A DNA stretch of 64,000 nucleotides, taken from contig JAQUPG010000004.1 in the NCBI GenBank assembly GCA_028716725.1, positions 2,680-66,679 on the forward strand, in the 5' to 3' direction. The stretch comes from Patescibacteria group bacterium (GTDB lineage: Bacteria; Patescibacteriota; Patescibacteriia; Patescibacteriales; JAQTRU01). Below, piece by piece: positions 19,301-25,621 of this stretch. The position numbers were made by a program, and so were the translations under genes. How positions within the stretch are numbered: position 1 is the stretch's first letter; each line of letters begins with the position of its first letter. The notes beneath the pieces are model-generated. The model was not told where the DNA came from. It did not search any database and saw only the letters and a list, made by a program, of their open reading frames with translations.

Positions 19301-19594
19301 CAGCCAAGAATGCTTAACGGAGATATTTTTACTTAATTTTTTCTCTTCAGAATCTCTGAGCGCGGCATAAATTAATTCCCTAAAAATTTGTATGGCATGG
19401 CCATATTTATTTATAAAATTATCTATTCGCTTTCTCAAATCATCATTATTGACTATCGGCTGATAAGGCCTCTTAATTTCCTTGGGTTCAAGAATAAACC
19501 GAATCGTCTTTCTTAATTCATAAAAGTTTTGATAATCTTTCATTTTTTTATCTTGAACATTATTAATATTATTTAGCTTTAAATTATTATTCAT
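16373..19594 (-). CDS. cas12: Cas12a-like type V effector, compact variant with C-terminal zinc ribbon
   Basis: 1073 aa. Cas12a-like landmarks: FYELRKTIRFILEP, LYKITSYDL, FMLSTTITLN. RuvC-I is GLD708RG, RuvC-II is AFE933NLD, RuvC-III is D1049KVASYNIAKK. Zinc ribbon CPRC(1003-1006)..CKNNNC(1024-1029). AAGGAA RBS at 19599-19604. Lies next to an array with the Cas12a handle. Confidence 0.9.
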   Translation of the reverse strand: MNNNLKLNNINNVQDKKMKDYQNFYELRKTIRFILEPKEIKRPYQPIVNNDDLRKRIDNFINKYGHAIQIFRELIYAALRDSEEKKLSKNISVKHSWLRNYTKNDFFDVKEKIIQDNKKRGNKIAIDNTNIKFLNDYFENWLEENKECIANLKICLNQPEENQKRISEFAYWIRKITKRSNFEFIFELFNGNIDYKNSNEKIDVAKKELDECKLLLALLEKAVLPSQSLGVEIERASLNYYIVNKKPKDYPQEIQNNKDKLKLNYSFSQDDKNLFKRTGFTDINLPIDKLKEAMKKFKADSKSKFYEFVHQNKTYKDLKSNPELALLKDISEENFNKFKKETDGSKRGKYFQFAKKNFPNLYNFLLLYEKVAKESGRIKADIRSLEREKNDAEKLQSWAVILEKDNQKYVLTISRDAKNNLQNAKKYIDDLQNENGGQWNLYAFESFTLRALDKLCFGSDKNTFMPAIKNELLQNDNSFFINGDLKRKDQFSEDGKEMLKFYQTVLSLSSTKEMLAIDNFKNFDELAIKEYGELADFERLFKKTCYYKKSIAISEDTKKKIINDYQGNLYKITSYDLEKDDAEILASLQNKNHLGRSHPEFHTKIWLDFWTDGNEEKNYEVRLNPEFKINFVEKHPDELKDRDLGKLKKNRRLNEQFMLSTTITLNAHGKNTDLSYKTTDDIKKYIEEYNDEFNKKIKPFDIYYYGLDRGKDELLTLGLFKFSENEKIKFIKQDGTPGEYNKPEFIDLEIYQLKKEKYLAKDSGNRVAYKSIDQFLNNIGIIERISAKSCIDLSCAKIVKGKIILNGDIATYLESKRVSALRKIWEGVAKNKFRSDKICYNADKGSLFLNIENRGKLENDDLYCYDDRFDNILSLDAIQKELQDYYDGIKNKSGNAEIISIEKINHLKNALCANAVGVINYLQQKYFGIVAFENLDMANKNQRISEFSGYLGSIIEFKLLQKFQTLSLVPPGLKQVMSLQNFKEINQIGAIFYIETCGTSNKCPRCGTENSDKSQKWNAHAYKCKNNNCNFGTKEDKTRNDLIALDNSDKVASYNIAKKSLAELHSKCSLKNE

Positions 19595-19638
19595 AAAATT
19601 CCTTATTCATCTTTTTATCCCCCTCGCCAATCTTGACT

Positions 19639-19743
19639 TTAATTATTTTCAACGATTTTAATTTCCTCCTCTGTCAACCCGTACAACTCATAAACTTTCT
19701 AGTCAATCTCCTTATCCGTTTTTCTACTCTTATCCGGTATAAT
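19639..19743 (-). pseudogene. remnant of the C-terminal tail of a restriction-modification (type I/IIG-like) enzyme
   Basis: The minus-strand frame reads IIPDKSRKTDKEID*KVYELYGLTEEEIKIVENN*. The VYELYGLTEEEIKIVE ending is a very common R-M methyltransferase/specificity C-terminus. An in-frame stop is present and no upstream ORF. Confidence 0.5.
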
Positions 19744-19753
19744 TTACCCCAAT

Positions 19754-19782
19754 ATTCTACAACAATTAACCCTAAATGTAAA
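19754..19782 (-). promoter_or_regulatory. candidate promoter for cas12
   Basis: The minus strand reads TTTACA, 17-nt spacer, TAGAAT. It lies downstream of the terminator of the preceding gene. Confidence 0.4.
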
Positions 19783-19804
19783 TAAACACCCTCTGCCTAA
19801 AAAT

Positions 19805-19840
19805 AAAAAGAATTACGTAATTTATTACGTAATTCTTTTT
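19805..19840 (-). terminator. hairpin/terminator after 19862..20344; right flank of the CRISPR-cas module
   Basis: AAAAAGAATTACGTAAT / ATTACGTAATTCTTTTT are perfect 17-nt arms, followed by a T-run on the plus strand and preceded by an A-run. Confidence 0.65.
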
Positions 19841-19861
19841 TATTGGAAATAATTGTTTCCC

Positions 19862-20344
19862 CTACTCCGCCCTAAAAGTCTTCATAATTTCCGGGCCTTC
19901 TTTGCATCTCTCAATCTGAAACTCATCAAACTGGCCTCCGCCTGAAAAATCCTGATTTTCCTGGCAGCAGCCGTCGCAAACCAAAGTTCGTTCTTCGGTC
20001 TTGTCAAGGATTCTAAAAGCCGGGACATCTTTAACAGCCTGCCATTGGTTTTTATCAAATTGGAGAATCTGGAAAATAAGGAAAGGGCGGTGGGAGTTGC
20101 TGAAGCTAAAGCCCGCGTAGCTGTAAGTCGGATAATCGCCTTCGCTTACCTCATAGCCATCCCAGGACAACGGAAATTTTAAAGAAAAGCCGAATTTTTC
20201 GTTTTTATAATCGCTCCAGCCGACATAATTTTCTTCGCTCCCCTCTTCCCCGTTGGGAATCAGGACGAAAGAATGCTTAATAAAATAAACGGCAATAACG
20301 ACGATTATTAATATGGCTAAAATGATTATTATTTTTTTCAGCAT
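19862..20344 (-). CDS. hypothetical membrane-anchored/secreted protein
   Basis: 160 aa with an N-terminal TM helix (IIIILAILIIVVIAVYFI) and a Cys cluster CDGCC near the C-terminus. Confidence 0.5.
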   Translation of the reverse strand: MLKKIIIILAILIIVVIAVYFIKHSFVLIPNGEEGSEENYVGWSDYKNEKFGFSLKFPLSWDGYEVSEGDYPTYSYAGFSFSNSHRPFLIFQILQFDKNQWQAVKDVPAFRILDKTEERTLVCDGCCQENQDFSGGGQFDEFQIERCKEGPEIMKTFRAE

Positions 20345-20355
20345 ATTTTAATCAA

Positions 20356-20718
20356 TTACGAATTAACCTTAATCCCCCGCTTTCTCTTCTGCCACCAGCT
20401 AAGAAGGAAAAGAAGGCCGACCAGGGCGGCCGGGCCGGAAATGCCGGCGTACCAGCTCCAATGGCGGCCAAAACCGACCATTAAAACGTAGAACGCGGCC
20501 GCGCCAAGAAAAGCAATAACCCCCACCAGGTCATACTTCCAGGAAATAATGGCAATAACCAGCAGAACAAAAGAAGGGATAAGATGAATTAGAAACCCTA
20601 AAATCGCTTGCCAGCCTGTGTTTTCCCCGAACACATCTAAAGCGAATAAAGACAGAAAAACGACGAAACATAAGCTTAAAATTCTTGGCAGCCAATAAAT
20701 GATTTTTTCTTTTTTCAT
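20356..20718 (-). CDS. small integral membrane protein
   Basis: I prefer the start at MKKEKIIYWLPRIL (20718). Four hydrophobic helices. Confidence 0.6.
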   Translation of the reverse strand: MKKEKIIYWLPRILSLCFVVFLSLFALDVFGENTGWQAILGFLIHLIPSFVLLVIAIISWKYDLVGVIAFLGAAAFYVLMVGFGRHWSWYAGISGPAALVGLLFLLSWWQKRKRGIKVNS

Positions 20719-20754
20719 AGTTTTTATTAAATTAATCTTTACTTCTTTATTATA

Positions 20755-20785
20755 CAAAAAAATCGCCGAAAAGGCGATTTTTTTG
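20755..20785. terminator. hairpin terminator AATCGCC/GGCGATT flanked by A and T runs
   Basis: 7-bp stem with a GAAAA loop, A-run on one side and T-run on the other. It follows the tRNA 3' fragment on the minus strand. Confidence 0.55.
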
Positions 20786-20788
20786 ACC

Positions 20789-20880
20789 TTGCTCCCGGGG
20801 TCGGATTCGAAGACTCCTCGGTGCCTTCCTCGGAGCCGAAACGGGAAACGGGGCTCGATTCAAATCCATACCCACAAAAG
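20789..20880 (-). other. duplicated tRNA 3' fragment (T-loop plus acceptor 3' strand) preceded by a GC-rich insert
   Basis: The minus strand ends ...GAGTCTTCGAATCCGACCCCGGGAGCA. The last 22 nt are identical to the 3' end of the tRNA at 20918-20939, but no matching T-stem 5' strand is present. Confidence 0.55.
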
Positions 20881-20881
20881 C

Positions 20882-20916
20882 AAAAAAAATCAGTCCGAAT
20901 TCGACTGATTTTTTTT
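20882..20916 (-). terminator. rho-independent terminator after the tRNA
   Basis: AATCAGTC / GACTGATT stem extended by flanking A and T runs, immediately 3' of the tRNA discriminator base. Confidence 0.7.
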
Positions 20917-20955
20917 GCTCCCGGGGTCGGATTCGAACCGACGACCAATTGGTTA

Positions 20956-21575
20956 CACTTATCCTCTAGTTTCCTAAAGGGGTGGACTATATCATCCCCC
21001 CACTACAATGTAGTGGGGAGCGAGGCGCTTCCGTCCCGCATTCAGCGGGAAGTACTCTCTTTCCTTATTCGCATAAAGCTATAAAGGATACAATCGAGAT
21101 AGTCTCTACACCTGCCTTGGCTAAAGCTACGGCAAGGCAATGCCTTCCCATAAACCTTAACAAAGGATTGGCTCGGGATTACCCATTTTTTAAATTAGGG
21201 CTTCCCCGAATTCACCTCGTTTTTCAACCATGATTGCTCATGGAAGCTGCGTTATGCCGTCATGCACTTCTCTGCGGCAATTAGAACAAAGCAAAATGCA
21301 TTTATCCAGTTCATCTTTCACCTGTCCCCAGCTCCTGGTATAACCTTTAGCGGAAATACCAAAATCTTTTTTATTGGAATCAAGATGGTGAAATTCTAAA
21401 GCGTTAATGCTTCGCTCGTAGCCACAAATTGCACATTTACCGCCCTTATACTCAATAGCCATCTTTCTAATCGCCTTTCTTCTTCTGTCCACGGCTTTTT
21501 TTAAGTATTCGGCACGGTCGGCGTATTTTCTTTTATCTTTTGCCATAACTCTATTATAGCAAAGATTTTGTGTCC
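20956..21575 (-). mobile_element. group I intron carrying an HNH homing-endonuclease ORF
   Basis: The 5' exon ends in U and the intron ends in G. GCAGC at 21246-21250 can form P1 with GCUGU. There is an R-like element at 21096-21112 (GGTGTAGAGACTATCTC) and an S-like element at 20984-20996 (GATGATATAGTCC), giving a P7 of GACUA/UAGUC. Confidence 0.7.
21238..21546 (-). CDS. HNH endonuclease (intron-encoded)
   Basis: 102 aa: CAICGYERSINALEFHHLDSNKKDF...CILLCSNCRREVH, i.e. CxxC..HH..N..CxxC..H. It lies wholly inside the intron. Confidence 0.8.
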   Translation of the reverse strand: MAKDKRKYADRAEYLKKAVDRRRKAIRKMAIEYKGGKCAICGYERSINALEFHHLDSNKKDFGISAKGYTRSWGQVKDELDKCILLCSNCRREVHDGITQLP

Positions 21576-21654
21576 ACAGCCAACTGCGCTACCGCTGCGC
21601 TACCCGGGAATGTATTCAATTTTCTAATTTACTAATTTTCGAATTTTCAAATTT

Positions 21655-21718
21655 CTTTCCGAATAGCTACCGCTGCTTGCCTCGCCGAAACGAAGTGAAG
21701 GCGGGCGCTACCCGGGAA
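21655..21718 (-). other. duplicated tRNA 5' fragment with a 30-nt GC-rich insertion in the D-loop position
   Basis: The minus strand reads TCCCGGGTAGCGC[ccgccttcacttcgtttcggcgaggcaagc]AGCGGTAGC, then diverges. Its upstream flank ATTGAATA is also duplicated relative to the real tRNA. Confidence 0.55.
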
Positions 21719-21808
21719 AATATTCAATTTTCAATTAATCAATTACGAATTATCAATTAAAAAAAAGATTTCATCTTATTATAATAAATACTCTGGAAAT
21801 GTCAAACC

Positions 21809-21843
21809 GTAATTGTCAATTGTTAATTGTTAATTCGTAATTG
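21809..21843. repeat. five degenerate heptamers NNAATTG
   Basis: gtaattg tcaattg ttaattg ttaattc gtaattg, ending at the rpoD stop codon. The same family occurs at 28885-28919. Confidence 0.7.
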
Positions 21844-21844
21844 A

Positions 21845-23188
21845 TTAAAAGTCGCGTAGTTTTTGCAAACCATCATGCTTTCTTATGCGCTCCAAAGCTT
21901 TAGCTTCAATCTGCCTGATGCGCTCGCGGGTAACTTCAAATTCCTGCCCGACCTCTTCTAAGGTATGGGCCACGCCGTCAATCAAGCCAAAGCGCATTTC
22001 CAGGATTTTTTGTTCGCGCGGAGATAAAGTCGCCACCACTTCCTTAACGTAATCTTTAAGAAGCTGCAAGGCGGCGGCCCGGTCCGGGGTAACATTTTTT
22101 ACGTCCTCGATAAAATCTTCCAGGGTTGAATCTTCCTCGTCTTCGCCCACGGTCGTTTCCAAAGAAATCGTATCCTGCGATATTTTTATGATATGCCTTA
22201 CTTTATCAATATCTTCCCCCATTTCCGAAGCGATTTCCTCCGGCATGGGCTCGCGCCCCAAGTCCTGGATTAAACGCCGCTCCACCTGCGTAAACTTATT
22301 GATAGTTTCCACCATATGGACGGGGATGCGGATGGTGCGCGACTGGTCGGCCAAAGCCCGGGTAATCGCCTGCCTTATCCACCAGGTGGCGTAAGTGGAA
22401 AACTTATAACCCTTGCGGTACTCAAATTTTTCTACCGCCCGGAACAAGCCGATATTGCCTTCCTGAATCAAATCCAGCAAGCTCAGGCCCTTGGCCCCGA
22501 CAAATTTTTTCGCTATGGACACTACCAGGCGAAGGTTGGCCTCGATTATTTTCTTCTCCGCTTCCTTATCCCCCTTTTCTTTTCTTTTAGCCAGCTCAAC
22601 TTCCTCTTCGCCGCTAAGCAAGGGCACCCGGCCGATTTCTTTTAAATACATCTGGATAGAATCGGAATTCAATTTTAATAAATCAACGTTTTTGGCGTCG
22701 GCCAAAGCCTTTTTTGAGGACGATTTTTTCCCCTCTGTTTTCTCCCCTTTTTTATCCTCAAAATCCAAAATTTTCCCCGTATCTTCAAATATCTGCACGC
22801 CGCTTTCCTGCAGCCGGCTTAAAAAAACTTCATAGTCAAAAATGTATTCTTCCACTTCCGGGAACAAATGCAATAATTCCGTTTCTGTGACAAAACCGCG
22901 CATTTTCCCTTTCCTGATTAAATTTCCCATCCCTTCTTCCGTCGGCTTTTCTGCCTTTACCGGCTCGGCTTTTCTGCCCTTAAAAATTTTCCCCCGGCGT
23001 TTTTCCGCGCCTTTTTTTCTTACCAGTCCCCCTTTTCTTTTTTTAAAAACTGCCCGGCCTTTTTTGCCGGCCTTCTTTTTCGGTTTTCCGATTTTAGCTG
23101 TCTTTCTTATTTTCTTCTTTCTCGCTGCTTTCTTTTTATTTTTCACCTGCCCCGCCCTAGCGGTGGTTTTTCTCCTTTTATTTGCCAT
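21845..23188 (-). CDS. rpoD: RNA polymerase primary sigma factor RpoD with Lys-rich N-terminal extension
   Basis: 447 aa. Regions 2-4 are clear: [67 protein letters not shown]. Confidence 0.92.
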   Translation of the reverse strand: MANKRRKTTARAGQVKNKKKAARKKKIRKTAKIGKPKKKAGKKGRAVFKKRKGGLVRKKGAEKRRGKIFKGRKAEPVKAEKPTEEGMGNLIRKGKMRGFVTETELLHLFPEVEEYIFDYEVFLSRLQESGVQIFEDTGKILDFEDKKGEKTEGKKSSSKKALADAKNVDLLKLNSDSIQMYLKEIGRVPLLSGEEEVELAKRKEKGDKEAEKKIIEANLRLVVSIAKKFVGAKGLSLLDLIQEGNIGLFRAVEKFEYRKGYKFSTYATWWIRQAITRALADQSRTIRIPVHMVETINKFTQVERRLIQDLGREPMPEEIASEMGEDIDKVRHIIKISQDTISLETTVGEDEEDSTLEDFIEDVKNVTPDRAAALQLLKDYVKEVVATLSPREQKILEMRFGLIDGVAHTLEEVGQEFEVTRERIRQIEAKALERIRKHDGLQKLRDF

Positions 23189-23190
23189 AT

Positions 23191-23246
23191 GTAATTTATA
23201 AATTTATACATTCGTAAATTTGTAAATTTGAGAATTCGTAAATTAG
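23191..23246. repeat. seven degenerate octamers TAAATTNG between rpoD and dnaG
   Basis: gtaattta taaattta tacattcg taaatttg taaatttg agaattcg taaattag. Confidence 0.6.
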
Positions 23247-23249
23247 CTA

Positions 23250-25160
23250 TTATTCTCCGACCTCCCTTATCTCATCGGATAACATTTTTAGTTCTTCCAT
23301 AAGTTCCCGCGCCTTCCCCCCCTCTCCTTCTTCTTCGCAATGGGCGATTGTTCTTTCTATTTCTTTCATCCGGCGGGTTAAGTAGCATTTTTTCAGCGCC
23401 ATAACTATTTTTATGGTTTCTCCCCTGGCTTTTTCCTCGTCCAGGTCATAAAAATCTTTATCGCCCAAGAGAACCAGCCGGTCCAATAATTTAATCCGGA
23501 CATCGCCGGCATCCTCCGCCAAAGAAAGCGGAGCGGAATTTTCAGCAAACCATTTTTTCAGATCATCATAATTAATTTTTGAAAAAACTCTCGCTTCCCC
23601 GGTTTCATTTTCACTACCAATAGTATTATTATAATAAATTATTAAATCCTTGTAAAACGACTTATGGGCCGAACCAACGATTTGATCGGGCTGGATGCGG
23701 TCCACAATATAGGCCAATAAACCGGGAAACCGTATGGATAAGGCGAGCATCAGTTCGGAAAGCATTTCTTCCCGCCCCGGCCGGAATTTCTGGCCTTCCG
23801 GCTTATTTTCCGGCGTAACTGCGGCCGGCCGCCGGGGCTCTTTTTTCACCGAATTTATAAGAGTCTCCCGCAGGATATTCTCCTCCACTTCAATTTTTTC
23901 CGCCAGTTTTTTAAGCCAAAAATCCTGCTCGATTTTATTGCCCAATTTAGCCAATATCGGCAATATTTCCTTAACGGCCCGGCGCTTGTCCCCCACTTCC
24001 TCAAGATTCAGGCCGGAAAATATTTTATCAAAATAATATTCCATTATCGGCTTGGCTTCCGCCGCGGCCCGGGCCCATTCTCCGGGATTGTTTCTTATGC
24101 ATTCATCAGGATCTTTGCCGGACGGAATGATAATTATTTTTATGTTCATCTCCGCCGCCATCGCTTCCCTTATGCCCCGGTCAGACGCCATCTGCCCGGC
24201 CTTATCCATATCGAAAGCCAAGGCGATATTATTTGTGTAACGTTTCAATAAATCAACCTGCCTTTTTTGCAATTCTACCAATGGTTTTGTCCTGTCTTGT
24301 TCACCAACAAGCGCCGTGCCTGAGGAAGCGACGACATTTTTAAAATTGTTCTGATGGGCGGTAATCACGTCCATCTGGCCCTCAACAATTATAGCTAAAT
24401 CTTCATTTTTTATGGCCATTTTGGCCTTATCCAAACCGAACAAAATCCGGCTTTTGTCGTAAATCATGGTGGCCGGGCTGTTTATATATTTCCCCATTTT
24501 TTCTTCTCTCTCTTTATCCGGCCTGACCCGCGCGGAAAAAGCTACAGCCGCGCCACTGGCATCAAAAATAGGAAACATAATTCGGCCGCGGAACCGGTTA
24601 TAAAATCTTGCACTATTTTCTTTCTTCGTGGAGAGTCCTGCTAAAAATATTTCGTTTTCGGTATAACCCTTACCCTTTAATAAATTTATCAGGTCATCCC
24701 AGGACTCCGGGCTATAGCCTATCTGCCAGGACTGGATAGTTTCTTCTTTAAGCCCGCGGTTGGCTAAATACTCCCTTACGCTTTTGGCTTCTTCCCTGTC
24801 CAAAGATTTATGGTAATAATTAACCGCCGCTTCCATAATATCCAAAAGCCGGTTGCGCTGCGAAGTCAGTTTCGGATCCTGCCTTTTTAAAGTTACGCCG
24901 GCCCGGGGGGCTAAATTGCGCAAAACCTCGGCAAAGCCCAAACCCTCTATCTCCATTAAAAAAGAAAAAACGTCTCCGCCCCGGCCGCAGCCGAAACAAT
25001 GCCAGATCTGCTTTTCCGATGAAACTATAAAAGACGGGGATTTTTCCCGGTGGAAAGGGCAAAGCGCCCGAAAATTTATTCCGGCCGGCTTTAAAGGGAT
25101 GTATTCACGGATTATTTCCACAATATCCAGCCTTGATTTTATTTCTTCCGCCTGATCCAT
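23250..25160 (-). CDS. dnaG: DNA primase DnaG
   Basis: CHC2 zinc finger CPFHREKSPSF..WHCFGCGRGGD and TOPRIM IIVEGQMDVI. The start at MDQAEEIKSRLDIVEII (25160) avoids overlap with the upstream gene. Confidence 0.9.
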   Translation of the reverse strand: MDQAEEIKSRLDIVEIIREYIPLKPAGINFRALCPFHREKSPSFIVSSEKQIWHCFGCGRGGDVFSFLMEIEGLGFAEVLRNLAPRAGVTLKRQDPKLTSQRNRLLDIMEAAVNYYHKSLDREEAKSVREYLANRGLKEETIQSWQIGYSPESWDDLINLLKGKGYTENEIFLAGLSTKKENSARFYNRFRGRIMFPIFDASGAAVAFSARVRPDKEREEKMGKYINSPATMIYDKSRILFGLDKAKMAIKNEDLAIIVEGQMDVITAHQNNFKNVVASSGTALVGEQDRTKPLVELQKRQVDLLKRYTNNIALAFDMDKAGQMASDRGIREAMAAEMNIKIIIIPSGKDPDECIRNNPGEWARAAAEAKPIMEYYFDKIFSGLNLEEVGDKRRAVKEILPILAKLGNKIEQDFWLKKLAEKIEVEENILRETLINSVKKEPRRPAAVTPENKPEGQKFRPGREEMLSELMLALSIRFPGLLAYIVDRIQPDQIVGSAHKSFYKDLIIYYNNTIGSENETGEARVFSKINYDDLKKWFAENSAPLSLAEDAGDVRIKLLDRLVLLGDKDFYDLDEEKARGETIKIVMALKKCYLTRRMKEIERTIAHCEEEGEGGKARELMEELKMLSDEIREVGE

Positions 25161-25195
25161 TTTTAATTTTAGATTTAAGATTTTAGATTTAAGAT
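25161..25195. repeat. five heptamers TTWAGAT filling the gap between two genes
   Basis: ttttaat tttagat ttaagat tttagat ttaagat, sitting exactly between the dnaG start and the stop codon of 25195..25617. Confidence 0.7.
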
Positions 25196-25617
25196 TATTT
25201 CCAAAATTGCCACCAGGACTTTTTTGGTTCGGGTTTGGCTTTCTTATCATACTCTCCCGCCCTCATTCTGTCCAACAGATCGCTATCAACAGGCACATTA
25301 GCGCGGACATCCTGGTAATTGCCTAATAAACTTTTTAATCTCGCTATTTCTGCGCCCACCAATTCTCCTCCGTATTCGGCATTATGCATATGGGCGCCTT
25401 GGTAGCTCGCTTGCTTTTGGTCCAGATGCAGATTAAAAATAATCTTCTCGCCGTCCTCGTTAAAATACATATGCAGGCGCGGATAAAAATTACCCCCGAG
25501 CCGGCGGACAAAACTATCCTGGCCGCTTCGCCTGTCCCGAATATAAGCATACCCGGCTTTCCGCAGCCATTGCTCCGGCGCCGTATCAATTTGATTTTTA
25601 TTTATTATTAATTTCAT
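25195..25617 (-). CDS. hypothetical protein
   Basis: 140-aa ORF in an operon position upstream of dnaG. I recognise no motif. Confidence 0.55.
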   Translation of the reverse strand: MKLIINKNQIDTAPEQWLRKAGYAYIRDRRSGQDSFVRRLGGNFYPRLHMYFNEDGEKIIFNLHLDQKQASYQGAHMHNAEYGGELVGAEIARLKSLLGNYQDVRANVPVDSDLLDRMRAGEYDKKAKPEPKKSWWQFWK

Positions 25618-25621
25618 AATA

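Larger units (their letters stand above)
20918..21609 (-). tRNA. tRNA-Asn(GUU) interrupted in the anticodon loop by a 620-nt group I intron
   Basis: Exons 21609-21576 and 20955-20918 join into a perfect 72-nt cloverleaf with 7/4/5/5-bp stems and T-loop UUCGAAU. U1:A72, G73 and the loop CUGUUAA match E. coli tRNA-Asn. Confidence 0.8.

Noticed and set aside
20739-21233. Four short ORFs (63-87 aa) over the tRNA and intron region
   Set aside because: They overlap the tRNA exon, the terminators and the conserved group I core elements. Only the HNH ORF (21238..21546) has protein motifs.
20789-21727. Idea that the duplicated tRNA ends are attL/attR of an integrated element
   Set aside because: The duplicates lie only about 110-130 bp outside the functional gene, on both sides. 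No integrase or cargo lies between them. Local duplication or gene conversion fits better.
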